DNA of 64,000 nt, from sequence record NC_019526.1; one strand, 5' to 3'. The translations under genes were made by a program, and so were the position numbers. The notes under the pieces were generated by a model. The model was not told the origin of the DNA and made no database searches. It was given only the letters and a program-made list of their open reading frames with translations. The first letter of the stretch is position 1, and each line of letters begins with the position of its first letter. This document shows, in pieces, positions 1-10,991 of the stretch.

Positions 1-2
1 AT

Positions 3-881
3 AAAATTATATGTAATGAATGCACTCCCGTTCATATAAGCACACAACACAAAGAGATATTAAATTTTATAGAAAATCTTGGTATTGAATGTGTAACGAA
101 TACACGCTCTGTTTTAAAAAGTACTATGGAATTGGATATTTTTATACCTGACTTGAATGTTGCAATAGAAATTAATGGTATGTACTGGCATAGTACTGAA
201 TACAAAGAACGACTGTATCATCAAAACAAAATGCTGGAATGTAAAGAACATGGCATTCACTTAATACAGATATGGGAAGATGAATGGAATACCAAACAAG
301 ATTTGGTTAAATTTCGTTTGATGAATGTATTAAAATGCTCCAGTACTATATATGCAAGAAAATGTAAAATAAAAGAAATCAATAAAAAAGAATGTGATAA
401 TTTTATTAATACATACCATATCCAAGGTTCTAGTTCATCATCTATTAGAATTGGTTTATATTACGAAAATGAATTATATGCAGTTATGACATTTGGAAAA
501 TCCAGATTTGATAAAACTGTTCAGTATGAATTGATACGATATTGTTCAAAAAGTACAGTCGTTGGCGGTGCATCTAAATTATTAAAGTACTTTGAGAAGA
601 AATACAAACCAGTGTCGTTGATTTCTTATGCAGATGCGTGTTGGAGTACGGGTGATTTATATATTAAACTTGGTTTTACATATAATGGATTAACTGAACC
701 TGGTTATTTTTATTACAAATCAAGTACTGGTAGAATTTCAAGGCATCAATGTCAAAAGAAAAAACTAGTCAATCAGGGATATGATGAAAATTTATCAGAA
801 TATCAAATATGTACCACTGTACTTAAATATAACAAAATATTTGATTGTGGTAATTTTAAATTCACTAAATATTACATATAA
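3..881 (+). CDS. Hef-like homing endonuclease, 5'-partial (PD-(D/E)xK nuclease plus C-terminal GNAT-like domain)
   Basis: Frame is open from the window edge; ELDIFIPDLNVAIEINGMYWH nuclease motif; YARKC...ELIRY...SYAD module shared with 19038..20747. Confidence 0.75.
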   Translation, partial: KIICNECTPVHISTQHKEILNFIENLGIECVTNTRSVLKSTMELDIFIPDLNVAIEINGMYWHSTEYKERLYHQNKMLECKEHGIHLIQIWEDEWNTKQDLVKFRLMNVLKCSSTIYARKCKIKEINKKECDNFINTYHIQGSSSSSIRIGLYYENELYAVMTFGKSRFDKTVQYELIRYCSKSTVVGGASKLLKYFEKKYKPVSLISYADACWSTGDLYIKLGFTYNGLTEPGYFYYKSSTGRISRHQCQKKKLVNQGYDENLSEYQICTTVLKYNKIFDCGNFKFTKYYI

Positions 882-900
882 CTTATAAGGAATATATAAA

Positions 901-1524
901 ATGTCTGACATTAAAAAAATCATGGAAGCTGAAAATCGTGTAGAAGCACTGAAGTTCATGCAGATTAATGAAAGTAATATTGAAAAACTGGAAGTGGTTC
1001 TCGCAATCAAATCTGGTATTGCCGATAAACTACAACGTGCTTCTGAGCAGTTGATGAACTACAGCGTTGACGTTCTCGGTCCAATTGTTGATCGTATTAA
1101 AGCAGAAGAAGGTATTGAAGTGGCCGAAGAATTTCAGTCCAGAGTTAAAAACATCCTTCAACATGCAGCAGATGTAGTTATGGATGCTAAAGACCAGATC
1201 ACTAACGAAACTCTTAAACTTACTGGTGATGTAGCTGATAATCCAGATGTGGCGGATATCGGTATTGATGATGATCTAACTGTTGATGAGGAAACCCCAA
1301 CTTTTGATATGGAATCTGATGCTTCCTTTGATGATATTGAAGAACCTGTACCGGAAGATCGTGCAATGAAAGAATCTGTACAATATACCCAAGTTGGTAT
1401 CAAAATGGAAAGTACTAAAGGTACTATTGGTACAAAATATTTCAGTACTCATAAAGAAGCTGAAAAATGGCTCAAAGAAAATGAATCTAAAGTCAAAAAA
1501 GTACTTGGGTTCGAGAAAAAATAA
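901..1524 (+). CDS. Hypothetical acidic protein
   Basis: 207 aa ORF, AAGGA RBS, phage-like codon use. Confidence 0.8.
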   Translation: MSDIKKIMEAENRVEALKFMQINESNIEKLEVVLAIKSGIADKLQRASEQLMNYSVDVLGPIVDRIKAEEGIEVAEEFQSRVKNILQHAADVVMDAKDQITNETLKLTGDVADNPDVADIGIDDDLTVDEETPTFDMESDASFDDIEEPVPEDRAMKESVQYTQVGIKMESTKGTIGTKYFSTHKEAEKWLKENESKVKKVLGFEKK

Positions 1525-1532
1525 GGTTAATT

Positions 1533-1883
1533 ATGAAATTTCGTGATATTGTAAAAATCACAGAAGATGCACCACCAAAAGATATTCGCAATATGATCAC
1601 CAGTATTGCATTATCACTAGTTGCATCTGGTAGGGAAGAGGTTGGTATTCAGTCATTGGTTAATGAAATTAAGAAAAGGACTGGTATTGATGTTCCTTAT
1701 AATGTGATGATGGATATTTTAAATTCGTTGCCATTTGTTCAGGATGCAAATTCTGATAGAGTACAATTTTCAGGAACTGATACCAGTACTGACTTTAAGC
1801 AACCTAATTCAGAAGAAAGTTCTGAACAAAAAGTACAAGATATGGCTGGTAAAGCAGCCACCGACAGTATGAAATCACTATAA
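1533..1883 (+). CDS. Hypothetical protein
   Basis: 116 aa ORF with RBS, tightly packed. Confidence 0.8.
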   Translation: MKFRDIVKITEDAPPKDIRNMITSIALSLVASGREEVGIQSLVNEIKKRTGIDVPYNVMMDILNSLPFVQDANSDRVQFSGTDTSTDFKQPNSEESSEQKVQDMAGKAATDSMKSL

Positions 1884-1888
1884 AATTT

Positions 1889-1918
1889 TTGAACAAAAAG
1901 ACAAAAATAAGCTATAAT
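1889..1918 (+). promoter_or_regulatory. Sigma70-like promoter (TTGAAC-18-TATAAT)
   Basis: TTGAAC 1889-1894 and TATAAT 1913-1918 upstream of the 1936 ORF. Confidence 0.6.
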
Positions 1919-1935
1919 TATGGAGTAACAAGGGA

Positions 1936-2643
1936 ATGTTTGTTCCACCTATTATTAGCAGATATTCTTATGTTGATTATAAAAGAATTGAAGGCGGCTC
2001 TCAGGGTCGCCTTTATTCTACCCCAACCGGAAATCTGCCATCGGTAACTACAATTCTAAGTGCCACATCCAATGATGAAGGATTGAAAAAATGGCGTGAA
2101 TTTGTGGGAGAAGAAAAAGCCAATGCTATCACACTGGAAGCAACGACAATTGGTACCTTTATGCATGAAAATTTAGAAAATAGATTAAATTCTAAGCCAG
2201 ATCATGAAGGTGGTATGCCAGTACGTGTATTAGCAAGAAAAATGGCTGATAAAATTCAAGAAGAAGCGTGGCCTAAAATTAATGAAGTATGGGGTCAGGA
2301 AGTACCACTGTACTATGAAGGTCTATGGGCTGGAACAACAGATTTGGTTGGAATTCATGACGGAATTCCAACCATCATGGATTACAAAAATTCTAGAAAA
2401 AAGAAAACATGGAATCATATTGAAAATTACCGTTTACAAATTGCCGCATATGCGTTGGCTCATAACTATATGTATGGAACTGATATACGACGTGGTGTAA
2501 TATTTGTTTGTGTAAGAGAAGATCCTCAAAATTTACAATATCAGGAATTTATAATTGAAGGTGATGATTTTGATGAAGCCGTACAAATGTGGATTTCTAG
2601 AGTAGAGCAATATTATATAATGAATGGGCAAATTATAAATTAA
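1936..2643 (+). CDS. Cas4-like PD-(D/E)xK exonuclease
   Basis: LPSVTTIL, GTFMHENLE, AGTTDLV, IMDYKNS, QIAAYALA motifs. Confidence 0.85.
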   Translation: MFVPPIISRYSYVDYKRIEGGSQGRLYSTPTGNLPSVTTILSATSNDEGLKKWREFVGEEKANAITLEATTIGTFMHENLENRLNSKPDHEGGMPVRVLARKMADKIQEEAWPKINEVWGQEVPLYYEGLWAGTTDLVGIHDGIPTIMDYKNSRKKKTWNHIENYRLQIAAYALAHNYMYGTDIRRGVIFVCVREDPQNLQYQEFIIEGDDFDEAVQMWISRVEQYYIMNGQIIN

Positions 2644-2663
2644 ATTAGCAAACTGGAGTAACA

Positions 2664-3200
2664 ATGAAAGACAACGTATACATTTATATTATTAAAGTAC
2701 TGGAAGGTAAAGGTTACGATATCAATGAAGTAATCAAGAAAAGCGATAAAGAAATCAAATCTCTTCCTCTATCTCGTCAGATTATTGAGGGTATTATTTC
2801 TTATAAAGAAAAAGGTTCCCCAAAACTAGAAGAAATCGAAAAGGAAATCTTTGATAAGAGATATAACCCAGACGTGGAAGTAAAAACTTCAGATATTATC
2901 GAATATGTAAAAAACACCGATGAACAAAATGAAGTCCTGGATAATATTAAACAAGAACAACTTGAAGAAATTCCTGATGATGTAATTGTAATTAAACATA
3001 CTGCTCCGAACAAAGAAGATTTGGATATCATCAAAGATGCCCTTCAACAAAAAGAACTCCGTACAATTGCAAAATATGTTAAACACCTGAAAGACACCGT
3101 TCCTTCTGCTATTATGTCTGCTGTTGATAGTGTGACTATTAATGACCTAATTAATGCACGAATTGCAGAAGTAAAATCAGCAGAAGAAAAAACTAAATAA
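2664..3200 (+). CDS. Hypothetical protein
   Basis: 178 aa ORF, GGAG RBS. Confidence 0.8.
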   Translation: MKDNVYIYIIKVLEGKGYDINEVIKKSDKEIKSLPLSRQIIEGIISYKEKGSPKLEEIEKEIFDKRYNPDVEVKTSDIIEYVKNTDEQNEVLDNIKQEQLEEIPDDVIVIKHTAPNKEDLDIIKDALQQKELRTIAKYVKHLKDTVPSAIMSAVDSVTINDLINARIAEVKSAEEKTK

Positions 3201-3231
3201 TCCTATAACGAACTTTGATTAAGGGTTTAAT

Positions 3232-3807
3232 ATGGCTCAACAACAAATCGCTTTACAACAAATCAGAACAGGTAAACAGCGTGATTTACCGGATGCGTTG
3301 GAAAAAGGACAACTAGGATTCAGTACTGACGTAGGTCGTATGTTCGTTGGTTTACCATCCTCATCTGATCCTGCAAGTTTAGTAGCAGGTCGTAATTGGG
3401 ACAATGCACCAAATAGTGGGAAAGAAAATGTAGAAATTATTACGGAGTTTACACCATGGCAGGTTGTTTCTAATATTGTAAACCGACCGTATGTATTCTC
3501 TGTACCGAAGGGTGGTAGTACGCAAATTTCAATTCAAAGTGATAATAGAGTGTTTCTTGATTATATGGCATATAACGATACTTCCAGTATTCTGGAAAGT
3601 GGTAATGTACAAATGTTGTGTAATGATTCAAAAACACTACTGGCACAATTTAATAATACAACTCAAGAAGAGGGTATCATTTCATTGACTTTCTCGGATG
3701 CAACATTCGATGAAAGTACTAAATTGATGGTATTCACTATCACTAATAATGACACGGAAAGTGATTATAGTATAGAATTCGTATATAGAGGCTGGGATAA
3801 ACCGTAA
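3232..3807 (+). CDS. Putative virion structural protein
   Basis: N-terminal QIRTG...LP..LEKGQLGFSTDVGRMFVG motif typical of phage fibre/structural N-termini. Confidence 0.5.
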   Translation: MAQQQIALQQIRTGKQRDLPDALEKGQLGFSTDVGRMFVGLPSSSDPASLVAGRNWDNAPNSGKENVEIITEFTPWQVVSNIVNRPYVFSVPKGGSTQISIQSDNRVFLDYMAYNDTSSILESGNVQMLCNDSKTLLAQFNNTTQEEGIISLTFSDATFDESTKLMVFTITNNDTESDYSIEFVYRGWDKP

Positions 3808-3826
3808 AAGGCTCCCAGCCTTTTTA
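3807..3826 (+). terminator. Rho-independent terminator
   Basis: AAAGGCT-CCC-AGCCTTTTT. Confidence 0.6.
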
Positions 3827-3873
3827 TCCCCTAAAATAATTAAAAACAATAAAAACACTTAAAAGGATGTAAA

Positions 3874-6189
3874 ATGATTAACGTTATTAAACGTGATGGA
3901 TCAAAAGAACCACTCGACCTTGATAAAATTCACCAGATTTTATTTTTTGCATGTGAAGGTATTTCTGGTGTGTCTGTGTCCGAAATTGAAATTCGTGCTA
4001 AATTGCAATTTCATGAAGGAATTAAAACTTCTGTAATTCATGATATCCTAATTAAAAGTTCATCAGAGCTTATTTCTGAAGATACTCCAAATTATCAATA
4101 CGTAGCGGGTCGTCTTTTGAATTATAGTATTCGTAAAGAAGTTTATGGTCAGTATGAACCAATTCCTTACGGAGAATATGTAAATAACATGGTTCAAAAA
4201 GGTATATACGATCCTATCATTCTGGAAAAATATAATTCAGCAGAAATCGAAGAACTCGGGAAATGCATTAAACACAAACGTGATGATAAATTTACTTTTG
4301 TTGCAATGAGTCAATGGCAAGGTAAGTATCTGTGTAAAAACCGTGTAACTAAAGAAATTTATGAAACACCACAAATGGCTTATATGACTATCGCTGCTAC
4401 GATTTTCTCTGAATACAGTACTGAAATTCGTTTGTCATATGTTAAGAAGTTCTATGATGCTATTAGTACTTTTGATATTAGTTTACCAACTCCGATTATG
4501 TCCGGTCTTCGCACTAATACACGTCAGTTCTCAAGTTGTGTAGTACTGAATGTTGGCGATAGTCTTGATAGTATTGGTTCCAGTAATCATGCAATCCTGC
4601 GTTATATTTCACGTAAAGCAGGGCTTGGTGTTAATATGGGACGTATTCGTGCAATTGATTCTGCAATTCGTGATGGCGATGCAGTACATACTGGTGTAGT
4701 ACCATTCTTATCTGCATTAGCAAAAACTGTCAAAAGCTGTTCCCAGGGAGGTGTAAGAGGCGGGGCAGCAACCGTACATTTTCCAATGTGGCATTTGGAA
4801 TTTGAAAATATTGTAGTACTGAAAAATAATAAAGGAACTGAATTTAACCGAGTAAGACAACTGGACTATTGCTTCCAAATCAATAAGACATTATATCAAC
4901 GATTGATTGATGGAAAAGACATTACATTCTTTAGCCCACATGATGTTCCTGATCTATATGATGCATTTTGTGCTGATCAAGAAGAATTTGAACGTCTGTA
5001 TATTAAGTATGAACTCGATGAAACTATTCGTAGGAAAACTATGCCAGCGATTGAAGCATTTAGTCATCTAATACAAGAGCGTGCAGAAACTGGCCGCATT
5101 TATATTCAGAATATTGATAATGCCAATGAGCATGGTTCATTTATTCCAGAAATTGCACCAATTGAGCAAAGTAATTTGTGTCAGGAAATTGATTTACCAT
5201 CTGTTCCATTTGAAGATATTAATAATGGTGAAGGTCTTATTAGCCTATGTACTTTGAGTGCTATTAACTGGGGTAATTTTGACAAACCCGAAGATATGGA
5301 AGAAGCGTGTGATTTGGCTGTCCGTGCCCTGGATGCTATTCTTGATTATCAGGATTATCCAGTACTACATGCTGAACGAGCTACAAAGCTCTACAGACCA
5401 CTTGGTGTTGGTATTATGAGCCTAGCCTATTTCCTGGCTAAACGTGGCTTAAAATACGATACAAACGCATTGAACACTATTAACGAATGGTCAGAAGCGT
5501 GGTCTTATTATTTGATTAAAGCATCCGTAAACCTTGCAAAAGAAAAAGGGCATTGTGATGGATTTAAGAATACTAAGTACTCACTGGGTTTATTCCCACA
5601 TGACACTTATAAATCAGATTCATATATCAATGAAATTGCACCATATGAATTAAAACAAGATTGGGATTCCCTACGTGAAGAAATGATGGTGTATGGTATT
5701 CGTAATGCTACATTACATGCAAATATGCCAGGAGAAACATCATCACAAATCAGTAATAGTACTGCTGGTATTGAAAAGATTCGTTCTCTTGTAACAGTAA
5801 AAACTTCTAAAGATGGTGTTCTTAAACAAGTTGTACCTGAAATTTCAAAATTAAAGAACAAATATGACCTACTATGGGAACAATCTGATAATATTGGTTA
5901 TCTTCAGGTGTGCGGCGTTATGCAGAAATATATGGATCAAGGTATAAGTACTAATACGAGTTATAATCCTGAAAAGTTCCAAGATGGAAAAGTGCCAATG
6001 TCAGTACTGTTAACAGAACTTCTAATGGCTTATAAACTTAACACAAAACAACTATACTATCATAACGTGTTGGACAATGCTTCTGAAGTTGATATTGACA
6101 AATATATGGAAGAAAAAAATAAATTAACAAAAAATGATATTGTTTTGCCTGAGCTACCAGAAGATGATTGTGAGAGTTGTAAATTGTAA
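3874..6189 (+). CDS. nrdA: Ribonucleotide reductase class Ia alpha subunit
   Basis: ATP cone (VIKRDG), PTPIM, SSC, SQGGVRGG, SNLCQEI, C-terminal CxxC. Confidence 0.97.
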   Translation: MINVIKRDGSKEPLDLDKIHQILFFACEGISGVSVSEIEIRAKLQFHEGIKTSVIHDILIKSSSELISEDTPNYQYVAGRLLNYSIRKEVYGQYEPIPYGEYVNNMVQKGIYDPIILEKYNSAEIEELGKCIKHKRDDKFTFVAMSQWQGKYLCKNRVTKEIYETPQMAYMTIAATIFSEYSTEIRLSYVKKFYDAISTFDISLPTPIMSGLRTNTRQFSSCVVLNVGDSLDSIGSSNHAILRYISRKAGLGVNMGRIRAIDSAIRDGDAVHTGVVPFLSALAKTVKSCSQGGVRGGAATVHFPMWHLEFENIVVLKNNKGTEFNRVRQLDYCFQINKTLYQRLIDGKDITFFSPHDVPDLYDAFCADQEEFERLYIKYELDETIRRKTMPAIEAFSHLIQERAETGRIYIQNIDNANEHGSFIPEIAPIEQSNLCQEIDLPSVPFEDINNGEGLISLCTLSAINWGNFDKPEDMEEACDLAVRALDAILDYQDYPVLHAERATKLYRPLGVGIMSLAYFLAKRGLKYDTNALNTINEWSEAWSYYLIKASVNLAKEKGHCDGFKNTKYSLGLFPHDTYKSDSYINEIAPYELKQDWDSLREEMMVYGIRNATLHANMPGETSSQISNSTAGIEKIRSLVTVKTSKDGVLKQVVPEISKLKNKYDLLWEQSDNIGYLQVCGVMQKYMDQGISTNTSYNPEKFQDGKVPMSVLLTELLMAYKLNTKQLYYHNVLDNASEVDIDKYMEEKNKLTKNDIVLPELPEDDCESCKL

Positions 6190-6286
6190 TATATTAATTA
6201 CTAAAAATATCACAAATTAATATCAATAGTAAAAAGCTAAACACCATATAACGGTTTTTACTTTCGAATACAAATAATAATATAAT

Positions 6287-6313
6287 AAATCCCACAATTA
6301 AGTGGGATTTTTA
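6287..6313 (+). terminator. Rho-independent terminator
   Basis: AATCCCAC-AATTAA-GTGGGATT followed by T run. Confidence 0.65.
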
Positions 6314-6339
6314 TTCTATAAAACAAAGGAATGTAACAA

Positions 6340-7464
6340 ATGTCAGTGTTTCAAAAAAATACAAAATCACATTTAGAAAAGAATATGTTTTTTGATGAAG
6401 CGGTAGATATCCAACGCTTTGAAACTAACAAGTATTCTACCATTGAGAAATTAACCGAACAACAAAAAGGATTTTTCTGGAGTCCCGGTGAAGTTGACGT
6501 AAATAAAGACAAAATTGATTTTACTAAATTATCTGAAGCGGAAAAGCATATTTTCACTTCCAACCTCAAACGTCAGATACTACTTGATTCAGTACAGGGC
6601 CGTGGTCCAAACACGGTACTTCTACCACTGGCTTCGTTACCGGAAGTAGAAAATTTTATTGAAACTTGGGCGTTCTTTGAAGGTGCAATTCATAGTAAAT
6701 CATATACTCATATTATTCGTAACATCTACACCAATCCATCTGAAGTATTTGATACTATGCTTGATATTCCTGAAATTCTGGATTGTGCCGTTGACGTATC
6801 TAAGTACTATGATGATTTAGAAGAATACGGTACTTGGTATCGTATGCTTGGTGTTGGCACACATACTATCAATGGTAAAGAACTTGTTATTGACATGTAT
6901 GAACTGAAAAAGAAACTGTGGTTGTGCTTAAATTCCATTAACGTATTGGAGGGTATACGATTTTATGTCTCATTCGCTGCATCCTTTGCATTTGGTGAAA
7001 ATAAAATCATGGAAGGTAATGCCAAGATCATTAGACTAATTGCGAGGGATGAGTCTCTCCATTTAGCAGCAACTCAAATGATGCTTCGTTTGTTGAAAAA
7101 AGAAGATCCAGACTTTGTTAAAATTTCTGAAGAATGCTATGATGAAGTCCAGAGTATGTTCCTGGATGCTATTAAGCAAGAAGAAGACTGGGCTGATTAT
7201 CTATTTAAAGATGGTTCTATTATCGGTCTTAATGCTGAAATACTAAAACAGTATGTTCGCTGGATTGGATCTAAACGTATGGCAGCAGTTGGAATTAAGT
7301 GTCCATATGCTGTAACGAAAAATAGCCCACTCCCATGGATGGAACATTGGATTAGTAGTGCGGGTGTGCAGGTTGCACCACAAGAAACTGAAATTAGTTC
7401 CTATGTAATTGGTGGTATCAAAGCCGATATTACAGAAAACACGTTCAGTACATTTAAACTATAA
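6340..7464 (+). CDS. nrdB: Ribonucleotide reductase class Ia beta subunit
   Basis: FFWSPGEV, DSVQGR, EGAIHSKSY, EGIRFY, RDESLH, APQETE. Confidence 0.97.
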   Translation: MSVFQKNTKSHLEKNMFFDEAVDIQRFETNKYSTIEKLTEQQKGFFWSPGEVDVNKDKIDFTKLSEAEKHIFTSNLKRQILLDSVQGRGPNTVLLPLASLPEVENFIETWAFFEGAIHSKSYTHIIRNIYTNPSEVFDTMLDIPEILDCAVDVSKYYDDLEEYGTWYRMLGVGTHTINGKELVIDMYELKKKLWLCLNSINVLEGIRFYVSFAASFAFGENKIMEGNAKIIRLIARDESLHLAATQMMLRLLKKEDPDFVKISEECYDEVQSMFLDAIKQEEDWADYLFKDGSIIGLNAEILKQYVRWIGSKRMAAVGIKCPYAVTKNSPLPWMEHWISSAGVQVAPQETEISSYVIGGIKADITENTFSTFKL

Positions 7465-7469
7465 AATAC

Positions 7470-7503
7470 AAAATTCAGTACTGATTAAGTACTGAATTTT
7501 TTA
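7470..7503 (+). terminator. Rho-independent terminator built from two AGTACT sites
   Basis: AAAATTCAGTACT-GATTA-AGTACTGAATTTT plus T run. Confidence 0.7.
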
Positions 7504-7516
7504 TAAGGTATAAATT

Positions 7517-7708
7517 ATGGATGAAATAAATCATATTACAAAAGATGTTTTTACTATTGATTACGGGGTTGAATACAAATTCGTAATGCAAGGTGGGTTT
7601 GAAATTTTAGGCACCGTTGTTGATGTGTTTGATAACGGGATTGAGCTATCAGATGGCACTCGACTGGTGCAGGAGCATATTCTTTTATTCAAAGCGATGA
7701 AACGATAA
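7517..7708 (+). CDS. Hypothetical protein
   Basis: 63 aa ORF, AAGG RBS. Confidence 0.7.
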   Translation: MDEINHITKDVFTIDYGVEYKFVMQGGFEILGTVVDVFDNGIELSDGTRLVQEHILLFKAMKR

Positions 7709-7713
7709 AATTT

Positions 7714-7743
7714 TTGAACAGACACAAATTCATGTGATATAAT
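7714..7743 (+). promoter_or_regulatory. Sigma70-like promoter (TTGAAC-18-TATAAT)
   Basis: Same motif as the other TTGAAC promoters. Confidence 0.6.
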
Positions 7744-7780
7744 AAACTTGATAAAACACCAACACTAAGGAAACAAACAA

Positions 7781-8023
7781 ATGAACGAACTAAACAAAGA
7801 AGCTCTAAATGAAATGGTAGAAAACAACATCGAAGCAGCACAAGAAGAAATTGGTTATGAATTGTCAGAAGAAGATCTGGCAAAATCTCGTGATATCATT
7901 GCTCAACTGACTAAGTACTACAACATCAAAGATCAGAAACAAGAACATAACAAAAAGATCAAAGCACAACGCCGAGCTAAAAATAAAGTACAACGTAATT
8001 CTCGTCGTATTAACCGAAAATAA
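7781..8023 (+). CDS. Hypothetical protein with basic C-terminal tail
   Basis: 80 aa ORF, AAGGA RBS. Confidence 0.8.
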   Translation: MNELNKEALNEMVENNIEAAQEEIGYELSEEDLAKSRDIIAQLTKYYNIKDQKQEHNKKIKAQRRAKNKVQRNSRRINRK

Positions 8024-8038
8024 AAAGAGGTACCCAAG

Positions 8039-9156
<1,118 letters not shown>

Positions 9157-9157
9157 T

Positions 9158-9184
9158 AAAAAAGGAGGACCGTTGTCCTCCTTA
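9158..9184. terminator. Bidirectional terminator between convergent genes
   Basis: AAAAAAGGAGGAC-CGTT-GTCCTCCTT. Confidence 0.7.
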
Positions 9185-9826
9185 TAGTTTATTTAATTCA
9201 GTACCAATGAACTGCATTTGATCTTTGATTTTATTGACAAGTAATTCAACTTCGAATTTATTACAAGGTTTATCAACTGTAATCATTGTATATCCTACGA
9301 TTTCATACCCTTTGGTGTCCAAAATAGGAATAGTGATAACAGTATCATATGTGACCCTTGTGCTTTTAACATAAGCACATGTGAAGTTTTTCGGATCATA
9401 ATTTTGACTACATTCGTTGTTTGAAGTATAGATATTTTCAAAATGTACTTTGTTTAAAAGTAATTCTTGAAAAGTATTATTTTTCTTGTCAATCAAATAC
9501 ATATAATTACTTATCTTTCTTTCTGGATAACGGTTTTTAAATGCTATCCCTTCTTGTGATACTATTATTTTTGTATTTTTATCTTTGTTAAATTTATATA
9601 CAACTATATATTGTACTGAATCATCAAGATTTATAATTTCTTGCATATTGGTATCAATCCTGTTGATATGATAACTATATGGAAAAGCATTCTCTTGAAT
9701 ATGCGGAACTATTTGATTAACCAAAAAATCAGTTATTGTATCTTTATTGTAAATCATTAAAGAGAGTATAGTAACGAAAAACGCTATAATACAAAGCTTT
9801 GATAGACCATGTTTTGTGCTGAGCAT
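9182..9826 (-). CDS. T4 gp t (holin T)-like membrane protein
   Basis: One N-terminal TM helix; periplasmic domain with VVYKF and VITIPIL...IVGYTMIT pattern like T holin. Confidence 0.55.
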   Translation of the reverse strand: MLSTKHGLSKLCIIAFFVTILSLMIYNKDTITDFLVNQIVPHIQENAFPYSYHINRIDTNMQEIINLDDSVQYIVVYKFNKDKNTKIIVSQEGIAFKNRYPERKISNYMYLIDKKNNTFQELLLNKVHFENIYTSNNECSQNYDPKNFTCAYVKSTRVTYDTVITIPILDTKGYEIVGYTMITVDKPCNKFEVELLVNKIKDQMQFIGTELNKL

Positions 9827-9838
9827 AAGTTTACCTCC

Positions 9839-10561
9839 TTAATATTCCAAATAATAACCAACATCATTCGCAATATTTTGTGCTATGTTGTTGAATTGCT
9901 CAACTTCAGCTTCATCTTTAGGAACTCTTTTGAAATATACAGCAATATACCCAGTTATTGTTGCAAATTTAACAGGAGCAGAAACAAGATAAACATTTCC
10001 ATCATTAACTAATGCAGGATAGTTAATCTGAGATGTATATTCGTTTCGTGTCTCGTTACTATCTTTCAAATACTCTGTGTATATTTTTTTTATTTCAACA
10101 TAATATATGTGATTATTCCATAATTTATTAGTTTCTGCAAGAAATGAACTTAGTGGCAAGTTATCTAAATGGTAGACACTAATATCGTCTTTATTTGGTG
10201 GATTAACCTTATAGGTAACTAAAATACGTCTTTCTGAAAATTGTGTATTTTCAGGAACATACTTATAAACTAATATCATAGATATATCATTTGGATAAGC
10301 ATTGATTGCTTTAGTTAGCCCTTTATCAATAGTATCTTTATTTTCTTTCTTTATAGTATACTTCGTAGAATTTCCTAGTTCTTCATGTTTATTGGGATTG
10401 TTTAATGTATTATTGATATATAATGTCCAAGAATCTGCTGTACTATATATAATAAAACCAATAACCAAGCAAAAAAACACTGTAATTATTTTAGAAGTCT
10501 TCCATTTCGTGATCATATCAAGGAGTTTATTAATATTTTCACTATCAAAATTGATATTCAT
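9839..10561 (-). CDS. T4 gp t (holin T)-like protein
   Basis: N-terminal TM; VYKYVPEN ~ T4 VYSFRPKN; YLVSAPVKFATITGYIAVYFKR ~ T4 YMYSCPYF..IYAGTITMYWYR; GGGGA RBS. Confidence 0.65.
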   Translation of the reverse strand: MNINFDSENINKLLDMITKWKTSKIITVFFCLVIGFIIYSTADSWTLYINNTLNNPNKHEELGNSTKYTIKKENKDTIDKGLTKAINAYPNDISMILVYKYVPENTQFSERRILVTYKVNPPNKDDISVYHLDNLPLSSFLAETNKLWNNHIYYVEIKKIYTEYLKDSNETRNEYTSQINYPALVNDGNVYLVSAPVKFATITGYIAVYFKRVPKDEAEVEQFNNIAQNIANDVGYYLEY

Positions 10562-10583
10562 ATCTCAATCCCCATGAGTAGAC

Positions 10584-10599
10584 TATATAGAGTATTTAC
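10584..10599 (-). promoter_or_regulatory. Putative late promoter GTAAATACTCTATATA
   Basis: 15/16 identical to 22209-22224, which precedes the baseplate gene. Confidence 0.5.
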
Positions 10600-10634
10600 C
10601 CAAAAACTAATTTTACCATGAGATAATTCTTAAT

Positions 10635-10991
10635 ATGATAATTTTATACTTTCTATGGATTAATATATTATTAGTACTGATAACTTCAGGATTTAGTACT
10701 ACTGCAATTGTTGTTTATATTTTAAGTTCAGTGTTTATGATTATGAGATCATTATCTATAATTTTCAGTACTGAATTAACAAAAAAGAATAATGATTTTT
10801 ATGTCTTTTTATCAGAACTCAAAGATGATAATCCAAAATTAACTAAAAGTAATATCGTGTGTTCTAATATAATACACTTGGTACTAATATTTGTATTTTT
10901 ACATAGTTATATTGCATTGGGCTTTGTATTATTTAATGTTATTATTAGACTTATCGAATCATATAAAATGGAGAAATTATTTAATGGCTAA
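10635..10991 (+). CDS. Membrane protein
   Basis: Several hydrophobic segments. Confidence 0.7.
   Translation: MIILYFLWINILLVLITSGFSTTAIVVYILSSVFMIMRSLSIIFSTELTKKNNDFYVFLSELKDDNPKLTKSNIVCSNIIHLVLIFVFLHSYIALGFVLFNVIIRLIESYKMEKLFNG

Noticed and set aside
3874-7464. Introns or inteins in nrdA/nrdB
   Set aside because: Both ORFs are continuous and of normal length.
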